Of a stretch of DNA of 64,000 nucleotides, positions 1-9,680 are shown piece after piece. Every line of letters begins with the position of its first letter. Positions within the stretch are counted from its first letter, which is position 1. The stretch is from Candidatus Omnitrophota bacterium. GTDB taxonomy: Bacteria; Omnitrophota; Omnitrophia; Omnitrophales; Aquincolibacteriaceae. The DNA lies in the NCBI GenBank assembly GCA_903856085.1, contig CAIOAT010000038.1, positions 26,777-90,776 of the forward strand, written 5' to 3'. The notes beneath the pieces are model-generated. The model did not search any database and had not been told where the DNA came from. It saw only the letters and a list, made by a program, of their open reading frames with translations. Position numbers and translations under genes: made by a program.

Positions 1-3000
1 ATCGTAGAGGAGAAAAGGCCTCCTATGACCGTGATGGCGAGGGGCGACAGAAGGGAGGAACCTCCTCCGAGACCTATGGCCACCGGCAACATGCCCATAA
101 TGTTCGCGGTTGAAGACATAAGCACGGGACGCGTCCGGATTCTCGTCGCTTCCCAGACTGCGGAAACCATTTCCTTGCCGTCCGCACGGAGCTGATTGAT
201 ATACTCCATGAGCACAATCCCATTCCCCACGACCACGCCCTCCAGAAGCACGAGACCCAACAACGAGATCACGTTAAAAGAGGTCCCAGTTACTTTCAAA
301 GCAATAAGCGCACCCCCGAAAGAAAGCGGCACGGTCACCATGATGATCAAAGGCTGAAGGAAGGATTCGAACTGCGCAGCCATGATCATGTAAATAAGCA
401 TGACGGAAAGCACGAAGGCAAAAATAACCCCGCCGAAGTTTTCTTTGATCTCCTTGGCCTTTCCGGAAAGTTTGACCTGAAAATCCTGGGGGATATCCTC
501 CGGCACCTTCAGCCCGGCAAGAAGCCCTTGAACATCGGCCAGCACATCCTTGTCCTGACGGGTCTTATCGATCTCCGCAGAAATGGTCACCGTACGTTCC
601 TGGTCCATGCGTTTGATCTCGCTCGGCCCTTGGCCACGATCGATGGAGGCAATCTCTTTTAAAGGAACGTGAATATCCAGGACCTTCGAATAAAGCAGCA
701 GATTCCCGAGATTGGTGATGTTCTCTTTGTCTTTATCGCTCAACCTTACCCGCACATCGACCTCGCGCCCGGTCTCGCGGTACTGCGTCGCGACCACGCC
801 TTCGATGGCCGCTTTCGCTGTAAGCGAAATATCCATCGCGGAAACCCCATAAAGAGCCGCTCGTTTTTTGTTAATCTCAAGTTTAGTTTCGGGCGATTTT
901 TCTCCGATATCGTCCTGCAAATTGATCACACCGGGAATCTCACCAAGACGCGTTTTGAGTCGGCTTACCAGGCCTTCCATCTTGGCAAAATCGTATCCTT
1001 TGACCTCAATCAGAACCGGTTTAAGTCCCTTCCCCCCCACTGCAAATTCGCTTTCCTGAAGCACGAATTCGACCGAGGCGCTCTCTTTCTCCATGTTCAT
1101 CGCTTCGAGTTTCTTGGTCAGTGACGCCACAACTTTGGCGGAAGAAACCTTGCGATCTTTTTTTAGCGTCACGAGAATAAGACTTTGTGACGGCCGCAAG
1201 GTTTCGACCTTAATTTCACCACGGTTTGTTTTTTCACTCCCGATTGCGACCGAAATGTCCTGGACCGTCTCTTCGGAACGAAGCATTTCTTCCAACCGTT
1301 TGCAGATCCCGTCGGTCACGTTCAACCGGGTTCCGAGCGGCATATCGACCTTCACGTAGAACTGGCCCTGATCCACCTTGGGCAAAACCTCGCGATCGAT
1401 CGTCGGAATGAGGAAAAAAGTCAACGCTAAAACGGCGAAAACAAGAACCAAGATCCTGGTCATGAAGCGGTTCTGAGCATCCTTGCTCGGCAGATTCAGG
1501 ATCCTTTTATCCAGGTCTCCCGTAAGACTGAACGGCTTGTATTCTTGCCGTTTGACTTTCACGTAGGTTGAAAACAAAGCCGTCTGGCAAAGTGGAACGA
1601 AAGTCGAAATGGTATGCGAAAAAATAATGCTCCAAGAAAGGTCCTTGAAGATCTGCCCCGCAACGCCCGGCACGAATACAATGAGGGGAAAGAACACGGC
1701 AACCGAGGTGAGGTTTGAAGCAAAGACCGGCCAAAAAACTTCCGTGGCGCCCTCGATGGCTCCGCGTTCCGGGGAAAGACCTTCTTGGCGTTTCCGGAAA
1801 ATATTCTCCAGGACTACGATACTGGCATCCGTGATCAGCCCAACCGCGAGGGCAAGACCTCCGAGGGACATAATATTCACCGTAATGTGCATCATGGCCA
1901 TCATAAAAAAAACGCCGAGAATGGTCAGCGGCAGAGACACGAGCACAAGGGCGGAAACCGTGAACGCGCGCAAGAACAGGAAAAGCGTGATCAGCGAGAG
2001 ACCTCCGCCTTGCAGGGCCTCATGGGTCAAATCGTTAATGGTCTGGCGAATAAAAATGGAGTGGTCGTAAATGATCTTGACCTGGAGTCCCCGGGATGCC
2101 AAATCTTCTTCGAGAAACTTCAGTCCCTTGCGAAGCCTGTCCACAACTTGGATGGTGTTCGCATTCGATTGTTTTTGGATGGACACAGATATGTTCTGAG
2201 CGCCATTGTAACGGGAAATGCTGGTCTGTTCCGCCAGCCCATCCACAACATTCCCAATATCTTTGACGGTCACAAGGCGCTTCTCGAGCATCTGCTTCTC
2301 ATCCTCTCCCCGCAATCTCTCGATCGTCTGACGGGGGCCCTCACTTGTATCGCGCTCGACAAAACTTTTATCTTCTCGGCGAAGCTTTTCCACGTTATCA
2401 ACCCCGACCACTGCATACTCTATCTCGGCCGGTGAACGGAAATCTCCGACCGTCCGGATCAGATATTCATACAGACCTTTTTTGATGCTTCCGGCCGGAT
2501 AGGACACGTTCGCTTCATCAAGGGAGTTGACAACCTCCAGGAGTGAAAGATGGTTGGCCTGAAGACGCGGCTGGTCGATCTCCACCAAAATTTCGCGATT
2601 CACGCCGCCCGAAAGACTGACCGAAGCAACCCCTTCTACCTTTTCCAGGCGATCTTTGATCATTTTTTCGGTCAGGAGTTTCATGCGCACGGGAGAAAGG
2701 TCGGGAGCCGTGACAGAAAGCAAAAGGATCGGACGGGCAAGCGGATCGAATTTCAGAACCACCGGATCCCCGGCCTCCTTGGGAAGCCTTTCCTTGATAA
2801 GATCGACTTTTTCTCGGATGGCTAAGGCTGCGAAGTCAATATCCTGACCCCAGTTAAATGAAGCGGTGATGGTGCTACGGCCTTCGCGAGAAACCGACTC
2901 GATACGTTTCAAACCCGAAACGGATCCGATGCCTTCCTCAATGACACGGGTAATGAGCGTTTCAATTTCCTCCGGTGCGGCGTTGGTATAATCCGTAACG

Positions 3001-3140
3001 ATGGTAATCTGCGGGAAAGTAATCGGCGGGAAAAGATCCTGAGGAAGACGCTTAAAAGAGAGAACGCCCAGGAGGATCAGCCCAAGCGTGAGCATATAAA
3101 CCGTGACTTTTTTACTGATCGAGAATTCAGTTAAATTCAT
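1..3140 (-). CDS. RND efflux transporter permease subunit (AcrB/HAE1 family). It is partial because its C-terminus lies beyond the window start.
   Basis: The gene is not in the ORF track because it has no in-window stop. Minus-strand translation from the ATG at 3140 gives MNLTEFSISKKVTVYMLTLGLILLGVLSFKRLPQDLFPPI..., continuous for about 1046 aa. It has AcrB-like TM1, porter-domain motifs and late TM helices (..GLVLLGGVVVGNGIVL..). It lies directly downstream of the MFP gene. Confidence 0.85.
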   Translation of the reverse strand, partial: MNLTEFSISKKVTVYMLTLGLILLGVLSFKRLPQDLFPPITFPQITIVTDYTNAAPEEIETLITRVIEEGIGSVSGLKRIESVSREGRSTITASFNWGQDIDFAALAIREKVDLIKERLPKEAGDPVVLKFDPLARPILLLSVTAPDLSPVRMKLLTEKMIKDRLEKVEGVASVSLSGGVNREILVEIDQPRLQANHLSLLEVVNSLDEANVSYPAGSIKKGLYEYLIRTVGDFRSPAEIEYAVVGVDNVEKLRREDKSFVERDTSEGPRQTIERLRGEDEKQMLEKRLVTVKDIGNVVDGLAEQTSISRYNGAQNISVSIQKQSNANTIQVVDRLRKGLKFLEEDLASRGLQVKIIYDHSIFIRQTINDLTHEALQGGGLSLITLFLFLRAFTVSALVLVSLPLTILGVFFMMAMMHITVNIMSLGGLALAVGLITDASIVVLENIFRKRQEGLSPERGAIEGATEVFWPVFASNLTSVAVFFPLIVFVPGVAGQIFKDLSWSIIFSHTISTFVPLCQTALFSTYVKVKRQEYKPFSLTGDLDKRILNLPSKDAQNRFMTRILVLVFAVLALTFFLIPTIDREVLPKVDQGQFYVKVDMPLGTRLNVTDGICKRLEEMLRSEETVQDISVAIGSEKTNRGEIKVETLRPSQSLILVTLKKDRKVSSAKVVASLTKKLEAMNMEKESASVEFVLQESEFAVGGKGLKPVLIEVKGYDFAKMEGLVSRLKTRLGEIPGVINLQDDIGEKSPETKLEINKKRAALYGVSAMDISLTAKAAIEGVVATQYRETGREVDVRVRLSDKDKENITNLGNLLLYSKVLDIHVPLKEIASIDRGQGPSEIKRMDQERTVTISAEIDKTRQDKDVLADVQGLLAGLKVPEDIPQDFQVKLSGKAKEIKENFGGVIFAFVLSVMLIYMIMAAQFESFLQPLIIMVTVPLSFGGALIALKVTGTSFNVISLLGLVLLEGVVVGNGIVLMEYINQLRADGKEMVSAVWEATRIRTRPVLMSSTANIMGMLPVAIGLGGGSSLLSPLAITVIGGLFSST

Positions 3141-3185
3141 AGGATAGAGACTACTCTGCGGAAATCATCTCTCGTCCGCATGGCG

Positions 3186-4628
3186 CTAAAGTTCAGCTTC
3201 TTGGGTTTCGATTAAACGGACCTTCTTGGCATCCTCCAATCTCTCGAACCCAGTCATGGCTATAACCTCTCCTTCCGTAAGGCCCGCGTCGATCTGAGAA
3301 TAGTCGGTGCGGGTGTACCCCACGGTGACGGGACGCTTCTCAACGGTACCCTCCTCGATCTTTGTGGCATCTTTTTCGCCTGTCACTTTACCGGCTTCTT
3401 CTCCGCTCTTCTTTTCGGTCTTTTCCTGGGTGTTAGCTCCAGCGCTCAATGCAGCAATGACACCCATTCCGCCCCCCATAGCTCCCGCGACCTTGGGTTC
3501 TACGGGCTTGGAAACAGCACCTTCGGGCCGCTTAATCACATAAACGAACTTCTCGCCTTCACCGCCCTGAATGGCATCCGTCGGCACCACCAAAGCGTCC
3601 TTCTTACTGTAAAGCATAATGCGAACGCGAGCGAACATGCCCGGCATCAGAAGCCCTTCGGGATTCTCAATACGCACCTTGGCCGTCGAAGTGCGGCTTG
3701 TCCCCGAAATCTGCGGCGCAATATTTTCAATCACACCTTCAAAGGTCTTATCCGCATAAGCGTCCACAAAAACTTTGGCCTTCTGCCCTAGCGTAATTTT
3801 CTGAACATCGCGCTCGACGATCCCGAACTCCGCATAAACATATTCAATGTTGATATGGGTCCCGATCAGCGTACTCTGGCTGATATTTTCCCCTTCCTCA
3901 ATATTCAGATCTCCAAGCATCCCGGAAGAGGGCGCATAAAGGTTGGATTTCTCGAGCATAGCCTCATTCGCCTTCATTTCAAGGCGTTGGGCCTCAGCTT
4001 CATATTTGGCGGCATCCATTTCCAATTTCTTTTTTTCCACCGTCGACGGAGATATCGCCCCCATTTTCAGAAGCTTCTCATTTTCCGCGACCTCGTTCTC
4101 CGTCACTTTGGCTTGGGACTCTGCTTTGTTGAAAGCCGCTTGCGCCCGCTTCAACCGCAAAAGGATGTCGTCCTGCTTCATGGAAACGAGCAGGGCACCT
4201 TCCTCATAACGCTCCCCTTCTTTATAATTGATCGAGCTGATCACGCCCGGAATCTCGAAACTGAGTTTCAGTTCCATCGCCCCTTTGATAGTCCCAAGTA
4301 CGTTCATGGAATCTTCATAATTGAACCGGCCCACCTTGAATCCCTTGACCGCCACCGGCGCATCCTTGGCCGCCTGTTGTTGCTGTTTCATCGTATCGCT
4401 CAAAGAAGGCTTAGCAGCCTTGAAATGGCCCATCACCATTTTAGCGGCAAAAGCTAGCCCTATCACGACAACCACGATAATGATCAAGCGGACTCTATTT
4501 TGAAAAAGCCAAGAGCTTCGCATCGCCTCCGGGATCGGGAACGGCATCTTGACCGGCCCCTCCGACGGGGATTTAATTCTGAATGGAAGTTTCTCGTTTC
4601 CGTGATTTTCGTCGTTTTTTATATCCAT
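3186..4628 (-). CDS. RND efflux periplasmic adaptor (membrane fusion protein, HlyD/AcrA family)
   Basis: 480-aa ORF with an N-terminal TM anchor (LIIIVVVVIGLAFAA), a coiled-coil hairpin region (LLRLKRAQAAFNKAESQAK...KYEAEAQRLEMKANEA), and beta-barrel/lipoyl-like segments (VPTDAIQGGEGEKFVYVI). It sits between the OMF and RND genes. Confidence 0.8.
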   Translation of the reverse strand: MDIKNDENHGNEKLPFRIKSPSEGPVKMPFPIPEAMRSSWLFQNRVRLIIIVVVVIGLAFAAKMVMGHFKAAKPSLSDTMKQQQQAAKDAPVAVKGFKVGRFNYEDSMNVLGTIKGAMELKLSFEIPGVISSINYKEGERYEEGALLVSMKQDDILLRLKRAQAAFNKAESQAKVTENEVAENEKLLKMGAISPSTVEKKKLEMDAAKYEAEAQRLEMKANEAMLEKSNLYAPSSGMLGDLNIEEGENISQSTLIGTHINIEYVYAEFGIVERDVQKITLGQKAKVFVDAYADKTFEGVIENIAPQISGTSRTSTAKVRIENPEGLLMPGMFARVRIMLYSKKDALVVPTDAIQGGEGEKFVYVIKRPEGAVSKPVEPKVAGAMGGGMGVIAALSAGANTQEKTEKKSGEEAGKVTGEKDATKIEEGTVEKRPVTVGYTRTDYSQIDAGLTEGEVIAMTGFERLEDAKKVRLIETQEAEL

Positions 4629-4689
4629 TTTTGGCTCCGTTATAATTCTTGTTATTTATAAGAGGACTTTACGGGTCGTTGGGAACGCT

Positions 4690-6783
4690 CTATTTCTTCT
4701 GAGAGGTCTCCAGGCTGAAAAAATTCCGAATGCCCACCGCGTGATTAAGCGCTGCCTTGGCCGTAAAATATTCTTTGAGCGCCTTGTGAAGCTCCGCCTT
4801 TTCGCGCACAAGATCGGATTCGGCCTGAAGATACTCGGAAAGCTCGATCTCTTTTTTACTCAATCGGTGCTCGGAAAAATCGCGTAATCGTTTGCGATAT
4901 TCGAGGCGCTTGACCGTAGAATTCACTTGGATCACAGACTTTTGATAATCGTAATAGGCTTGCTTGACATCCTGAAGCACCTGCTTCTCGGCTTTTTCCA
5001 ATTCCACGACCTGGTTAAGCTTATCAACCTCGGCTTGCTTCACGTTCACAAAAGCATCTAATCCGTCTAAGATCCCAATATCCCAAACATTTTTTCTAGT
5101 AAAAGAGTTGGTTCCGCCCGCAAAGGCCGAGAGGCTTGGCGCTTTATAGTCCCTGTCATAAGTGTAGTTGACCTTGTTTCCCCCGAGATTCCAATTCATT
5201 TCCAGCATCAGACGCCACTGTTTTTTAAGATTGGGGTCATCTCCGATAGTCGTATCCAGCGAAGGTCTATAGGCCTCGCCGAGAGCTCCAAAATCATACG
5301 TCAAAAAAGCTTTGGGCAAGAATTCCCCCCACCGGACTCTTTCTCCAAGCCGCGCGGCCTGGAGCTTCGCGGCCTCGACCTGAAGTTCCGGACGATGTCC
5401 GTACGAAAGATCGATCAATCTAGAAAGTTCCGGCGCTTTACCTACGCCTTTAAAAACATCGGCCACGGGCTTGGCCCCGGCCACGCCCCCCGCGGGAATC
5501 TCCTGTCCTTGCACCACTTCATCAAGGTCATAGATCTTGGCGATCTTGATCTGGTCATTGACGGAAAGATCGAGATATTTCTGCATATCCAGCTTCGCGA
5601 TCTCCAGCTCCTGATTTGCGGACTCAAGATCGAATTGCATCTGACTATAAAGCGACTGCACGTTCAGACGTTCGATCTCGGAAATGATCTTTGCATTAAA
5701 CTTCTCTTCAGACATATCCGCAAAGCGCTTCATCTTTTCCACCGCAGCGCGATGTTCTTCGGCGGTCTGCAAAGTCCTCTGATATTCAAAATAGGCGCGA
5801 GAAAGATCGTACACAAGCTCCCCAAGGGTCTTATCATATTGTTTATTCGCGGCTTCCAGACTCGCCTTTTCCTGGAGAAAGGTATTCCAAAGAACGCCCC
5901 CGCTAAAAATCGGTTGTTTTAGCGAAATCTTCCAGTCCTTGCCATGGAAAGGACTTGGGCCGTCCACGCCAAAGGTTCCCGCGTCCTGTGCTCCCACACG
6001 ATCATTTAAAGCGAGCGAAGCTTCGGGAAAAAGTTTGCGGAAAGCCACCAGCATGCGCCGGTTATAGAGCGCGATATTCTCATGCGCAGCCTTGGCCTGG
6101 GTGTGTACCGATATGGCCCGCGAGATGAGCTCTTGAAGATCCTTGGTCCCGCCGCTTAAGAATTCCTCTTTCTGCTGAATCTTGAGGGGTGTGATGTTCG
6201 TCCGGATATAGACCCGATCCAGATAAGGCATCTCCCGGATGCGTTCCGCACGCATCTCGTCAACCTGCTGTGAAAAAACTTGGTCTAACGCTTCGTTGCG
6301 AGCACTCTGCTCAGCCTTTTCCCGCTTGCCAAGATTTTTATTTTCTTTTTGCTCCGGAATCTCGATGATAGCGCCGGAGGCGTCCGTGGACACAGCCCCA
6401 GGCCCTTCGGTTATAGGAACTTCATAGACGCGTTGATCCGGATCAGAAAAGACCTCTTCAAAAAGAGACTGATTAATACTTGGAAGAACCATGCCGCCAC
6501 TCGTTCCGGTTTTCGAAATAGCGGTAGGCCCTTTGCTTAGAGGAACCTCATAGGGAAGTTGGTCCGGATCCGGAGAAACCGCCTGAGGAAGTGACTGAGT
6601 ATCACTTTGGAGAACAACTCCACCACTCGTCCCAGATCTTGGGATAGCGCTGGATTCGGAAACCGGGGTAACGCCTGAAGCGGAAGCAGCTGCCTCAGAC
6701 GCGTGCGCCCAAGAGAAGGATAAACACACGACAACCATGACTGTAAGGCCACAAGTAGAGAAGTATGTTTTTTTCATAAGCAT
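4690..6783 (-). CDS. TolC-like outer membrane efflux factor with an N-terminal repeat-containing extension
   Basis: 697-aa ORF with a signal peptide (MLMKKTYFSTCGLTVMVVVCLSFSWAHA). It carries two OEP-type repeats (..LSRAYFEYQRTLQTAEEHRAAVEK.., ..VKQAYYDYQKSVIQVNSTVKRLEY..). It is the first gene of the OMF-MFP-RND operon. Confidence 0.75.
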   Translation of the reverse strand: MLMKKTYFSTCGLTVMVVVCLSFSWAHASEAAASASGVTPVSESSAIPRSGTSGGVVLQSDTQSLPQAVSPDPDQLPYEVPLSKGPTAISKTGTSGGMVLPSINQSLFEEVFSDPDQRVYEVPITEGPGAVSTDASGAIIEIPEQKENKNLGKREKAEQSARNEALDQVFSQQVDEMRAERIREMPYLDRVYIRTNITPLKIQQKEEFLSGGTKDLQELISRAISVHTQAKAAHENIALYNRRMLVAFRKLFPEASLALNDRVGAQDAGTFGVDGPSPFHGKDWKISLKQPIFSGGVLWNTFLQEKASLEAANKQYDKTLGELVYDLSRAYFEYQRTLQTAEEHRAAVEKMKRFADMSEEKFNAKIISEIERLNVQSLYSQMQFDLESANQELEIAKLDMQKYLDLSVNDQIKIAKIYDLDEVVQGQEIPAGGVAGAKPVADVFKGVGKAPELSRLIDLSYGHRPELQVEAAKLQAARLGERVRWGEFLPKAFLTYDFGALGEAYRPSLDTTIGDDPNLKKQWRLMLEMNWNLGGNKVNYTYDRDYKAPSLSAFAGGTNSFTRKNVWDIGILDGLDAFVNVKQAEVDKLNQVVELEKAEKQVLQDVKQAYYDYQKSVIQVNSTVKRLEYRKRLRDFSEHRLSKKEIELSEYLQAESDLVREKAELHKALKEYFTAKAALNHAVGIRNFFSLETSQKK
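6416..6667 (-). repeat. In-frame tandem duplication (2 x 126 nt, 42 aa) inside the 5' end of the OMF gene
   Basis: The DNA copies ggaacttcatagacgcgttgatccggatcag... (6416-) and ggaacctcatagggaagttggtccggatccgg... (6542-) are about 75% identical. They encode ..GTSGGVVLQSDTQSLPQAVSPDPDQLPYEVPL / ..GTSGGMVLPSINQSLFEEVFSDPDQRVYEVPI. Confidence 0.6.
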
Positions 6784-7042
6784 TGTATTGGCGACATTTT
6801 ACCACGGTTAAGGGCAAAATCCACAGCCCTTGTCTTGTATTTTATTTCTCAAAAGCTGGAAAAAACCACCTGGTTTCCTTTAGAAAAATCACCAAAAATC
6901 AGCATCCCCCCGATATCAACTTCGCTTTGCTTATCGGTATTGGGACAGCTCTTCATTTATCGGCAGAAAATCACCTAAGTTAATTCCGAAAATCCGTTTC
7001 CGCGACGGCGATCCAATCCCAGGTCCCTTTTTAAAAAAGAAG

Positions 7043-7076
7043 GAAAAAAACACGCCCCTAGCAGTCATCCTAGGGA
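7043..7076 (-). terminator. Putative intrinsic terminator overlapping the stop codon of the XRE/cupin regulator gene
   Basis: The minus-strand sequence CCCTAG-gatgactg-CTAGGG forms a hairpin followed by GCGTGTTTTTTTCC. Confidence 0.35.
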
Positions 7077-7723
7077 TGAGACTCCTGGCTCCGAAAGGCC
7101 CCCTGCGTCTTTAGACAGGACGGTGCTGCGACCAGGAGCAGCGCTGAATTGCGTTGAAGAACATTCGTAAGGTGAAATTTCATACCTCCGAAAAAATAGA
7201 GGTTATCGCCTTCCTTCAGGACCACTTTGCGCCCCTCGATCTCCCCGTCGAATTGGCCGCTCAAGGTCATGACAAAAAAGGCTCCGGCTCCGTCCCGGCC
7301 AAACAGTTTTTCATCAAATCGCTTTTGCCCTTCAAGAATCATCTTGCCGCAAAAAAGATCCTCCATGAGCGGCGTAAAGGAGATCAGCTGAATACCCTGG
7401 GACGGCAGGTCGATCTTGTAGAGGCCTTTGGGGGAACCTAGAGAAAAATAGTCCCGCTGCTCAAGTTCTGCCTGACGAAATAGATCGCTTACAGTCATCC
7501 CAAAGCCCTTCGCCAGCGCCTCGAGCGTGGCAATTGATGGATTCCGGATCCTTCCCTTCTCAAGCGCCGTAAGCGTTTTGGGGTCGATCCCCTTGCCACG
7601 GCGGCAAAGCTCCGCGCCACTCAATCCTTTTCCTTCGCGCAGGCGCCGCACCACGGAGCCTATCTCGAGCGGACGTACGGATGTTTTTCTTTTTTCAAGT
7701 TTTTCTTTTCGGGGCATCGGCAT
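7070..7723 (-). CDS. XRE-family HTH transcriptional regulator with a C-terminal cupin domain
   Basis: The N-terminus has a helix-turn-helix (VRRLREGKGLSGAELCRRGKGIDPKTLTALEKGRIRNPSIATLEALAKGFGMTVSDLF). The C-terminus has a cupin-like beta region (FFVMTLSGQFDGEIEGRKVVLKEGDNLYF). Confidence 0.7.
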   Translation of the reverse strand: MPMPRKEKLEKRKTSVRPLEIGSVVRRLREGKGLSGAELCRRGKGIDPKTLTALEKGRIRNPSIATLEALAKGFGMTVSDLFRQAELEQRDYFSLGSPKGLYKIDLPSQGIQLISFTPLMEDLFCGKMILEGQKRFDEKLFGRDGAGAFFVMTLSGQFDGEIEGRKVVLKEGDNLYFFGGMKFHLTNVLQRNSALLLVAAPSCLKTQGAFRSQESHP

Positions 7724-9680
7724 TCCGGATCTCCTTTTCTTGAACTAAGATAAGCTTCCCCAGAACAAAACGCTGGTATTTTTCTTCATTGCGAAAAAAC
7801 CAAACAAGTTTTCCGTCCACGCCTTTACGGTCAATCTCATGCACGGCCGGGCTGAGCCGGATCTCCTTGCCCGGTCCCGGCGTCACTCCCAAATATTCCC
7901 AACCGATGGCACCTTCAATAATGTAACCTTTTTCATCGGCATAACTCTTCGCCAGAACCCTCTTTTTCTCCAACGGATCCTCCCCGCCCTGAAACCAGGA
8001 CCAGGCGGCAAGCTCCTTGTCATCACGCCCCGGCCTAAAACCCAGCTGATAATCCTGCGGATCGTTCCAAAAAAGCCCATCTCCCGCCGGGTCTATATAG
8101 ATTTCAAAAAGATCGTCGCGCCAGATATGCTTCCCTGTCCTTTTTACCACGATATCGTCATCGGTCACTTTCGCGACAAAATAAAGATACTCGCTATCCC
8201 ACGCAAAACGAACCTCCGCCCCAAGATCCTTCGGCCCGTTAAAATCCCCGAAATCTTTGTGCTCTTCTGAATTCATAACAATAGCCCCGCCAGGAGGCCA
8301 ATCCTTGAGAAATCCGTCCACCCGAATGCCTCCTGAGACATAGGGCGCTCGATAGACCGGCGGCTCCGGCCACGGGAGCGGCAAAGCCCCCTTCCGGAAT
8401 CCTATTTTTGAAAGCGCTTTTTGAACGGGTGCGCTTTGTGCCATGAACTTCCATATCAGTCCGGTGCGGTGATTCTCGATCATGAGGAGAAGCGGTCCCT
8501 GGTCGATCGCCAGAACCTTGTCGCTGAACCAACTCTTACCCACATTCATCGCGTCGGAAAAACCATAAGGCCCCCACATCGCATCGCTGTAATAGGTTCG
8601 AATGTTCTCAAGACAGGCGATAGATTCCTCAGGAGTGAACACAATCGAACTCCCGCAGGCCGTAGGCGCGATCGTCCCATCGTGAAAGACTGTCCATCCC
8701 GGCGGCGCACCATAAGCGCGATACCCTGCGGGGCCCTCGGAAGCCGAAAGTCCCCAGAGGTTCGGACCGTAACCAGCAAATTTCGAGGCCTGATCGATAC
8801 AAAAAGCGCGGTTCGCGCGCGAAGCGTTGACAGAATTCTCGAAATAATCCGCGAGCCCATCATTTTGGCCTCGAAGATCAAGCCAGACATGGGGGTATTG
8901 ATGCGTAAAAAGTGGTGGCATTTGGATCAAGCGAAAGTCGCGGTAGCTGCCCACAGGACGGAGGATCGCGCGCCAACTTTCTTCGGAGATCGGATGGCCC
9001 GGCGAACCGATCGCCAGAACATAAAGAAGCAGCGATTCATCGAAATGATCCCAACGCGCCTTACTAAACCCCGTCTCAGGACTCCAGGCAAGCGCGAAGG
9101 CCTTCCCCTTATTCAGCATCCAAGGGAAATCAACCCGTTCATAGATCTTTTGAACAAGGTCCCGGATCTTCGCGTCATCGTAATATTCAGCTGCAAAAAG
9201 AGCCCCGGCAAGAAAAAGCGCCGTGTCGATCGGCGAAAGCTCGCAGTGGTTCACCCTTTCACCGGTCTCAAAGTTCAGAAAATGATAAAAGAATCCCTGA
9301 TGCTGGGGCGCTTGCTGAAGAAAAAACTCCAGCGTTCGCACGGTAAGCTCGTAAGCTGCTGCACGACTCATCCATCCCCGTTCCACCGCTACAGGATAAA
9401 CCGTAAGCGCGAATCCCGTCGCAGCGATACTGGCCGGAGCATTCGTTGCAACCCCGGACCTGTTCGGTGCGCTATCCCGCACAAGACCATTGTAGGGATT
9501 GTGCTGCTCCTCAAAATAACGGAACGCTTTTTCCTGAACCTCATTCAGGAGTTCTTCGTGAGAAGCGGAAGGTTCTTGAGCGGCTACGGAACACGAGAAA
9601 AGAAAAAACAGCAGGTAGCAAGTCGTAGGCAGAAGGCAGGAAAATGCAGGTCGCAAAAAAGATGCGGAGGGTTGTTTCAT
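7695..9680 (-). CDS. Secreted glycoside hydrolase, glucoamylase-like/DUF3131 (GH144-like beta-glucanase family), with a C-terminal CBM9-like carbohydrate-binding domain
   Basis: The start is reassigned to the ATG at 9680 (MKQPSASFLRPAFSCLLPTTCYLLFFLFSCSVAAQEP, a signal peptide). The ORF-track start at 9869 adds a Cys-rich 63-aa extension that overlaps the neighbouring gene. The central (alpha/alpha)6-like region reads ..DTALFLAGALFAAEYY..LLLYVLAIGSPGHPISEESW... The C-terminal region (GFLKDWPPGGAIV..FAWDSEYLYFVAKVTDDDIV..DLFEIYIDPAGDG) resembles CBM9/DOMON-like modules. Confidence 0.55.
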   Translation of the reverse strand: MKQPSASFLRPAFSCLLPTTCYLLFFLFSCSVAAQEPSASHEELLNEVQEKAFRYFEEQHNPYNGLVRDSAPNRSGVATNAPASIAATGFALTVYPVAVERGWMSRAAAYELTVRTLEFFLQQAPQHQGFFYHFLNFETGERVNHCELSPIDTALFLAGALFAAEYYDDAKIRDLVQKIYERVDFPWMLNKGKAFALAWSPETGFSKARWDHFDESLLLYVLAIGSPGHPISEESWRAILRPVGSYRDFRLIQMPPLFTHQYPHVWLDLRGQNDGLADYFENSVNASRANRAFCIDQASKFAGYGPNLWGLSASEGPAGYRAYGAPPGWTVFHDGTIAPTACGSSIVFTPEESIACLENIRTYYSDAMWGPYGFSDAMNVGKSWFSDKVLAIDQGPLLLMIENHRTGLIWKFMAQSAPVQKALSKIGFRKGALPLPWPEPPVYRAPYVSGGIRVDGFLKDWPPGGAIVMNSEEHKDFGDFNGPKDLGAEVRFAWDSEYLYFVAKVTDDDIVVKRTGKHIWRDDLFEIYIDPAGDGLFWNDPQDYQLGFRPGRDDKELAAWSWFQGGEDPLEKKRVLAKSYADEKGYIIEGAIGWEYLGVTPGPGKEIRLSPAVHEIDRKGVDGKLVWFFRNEEKYQRFVLGKLILVQEKEIRNADAPKRKT

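Noticed and set aside
669-2847. Plus-strand ORFs of 151, 153, 216 and 91 aa in the track
   Set aside because: They are all antisense to the continuous AcrB-like minus-strand frame. They are low-complexity or Arg-rich translations typical of the reverse frame of a GC-moderate gene.
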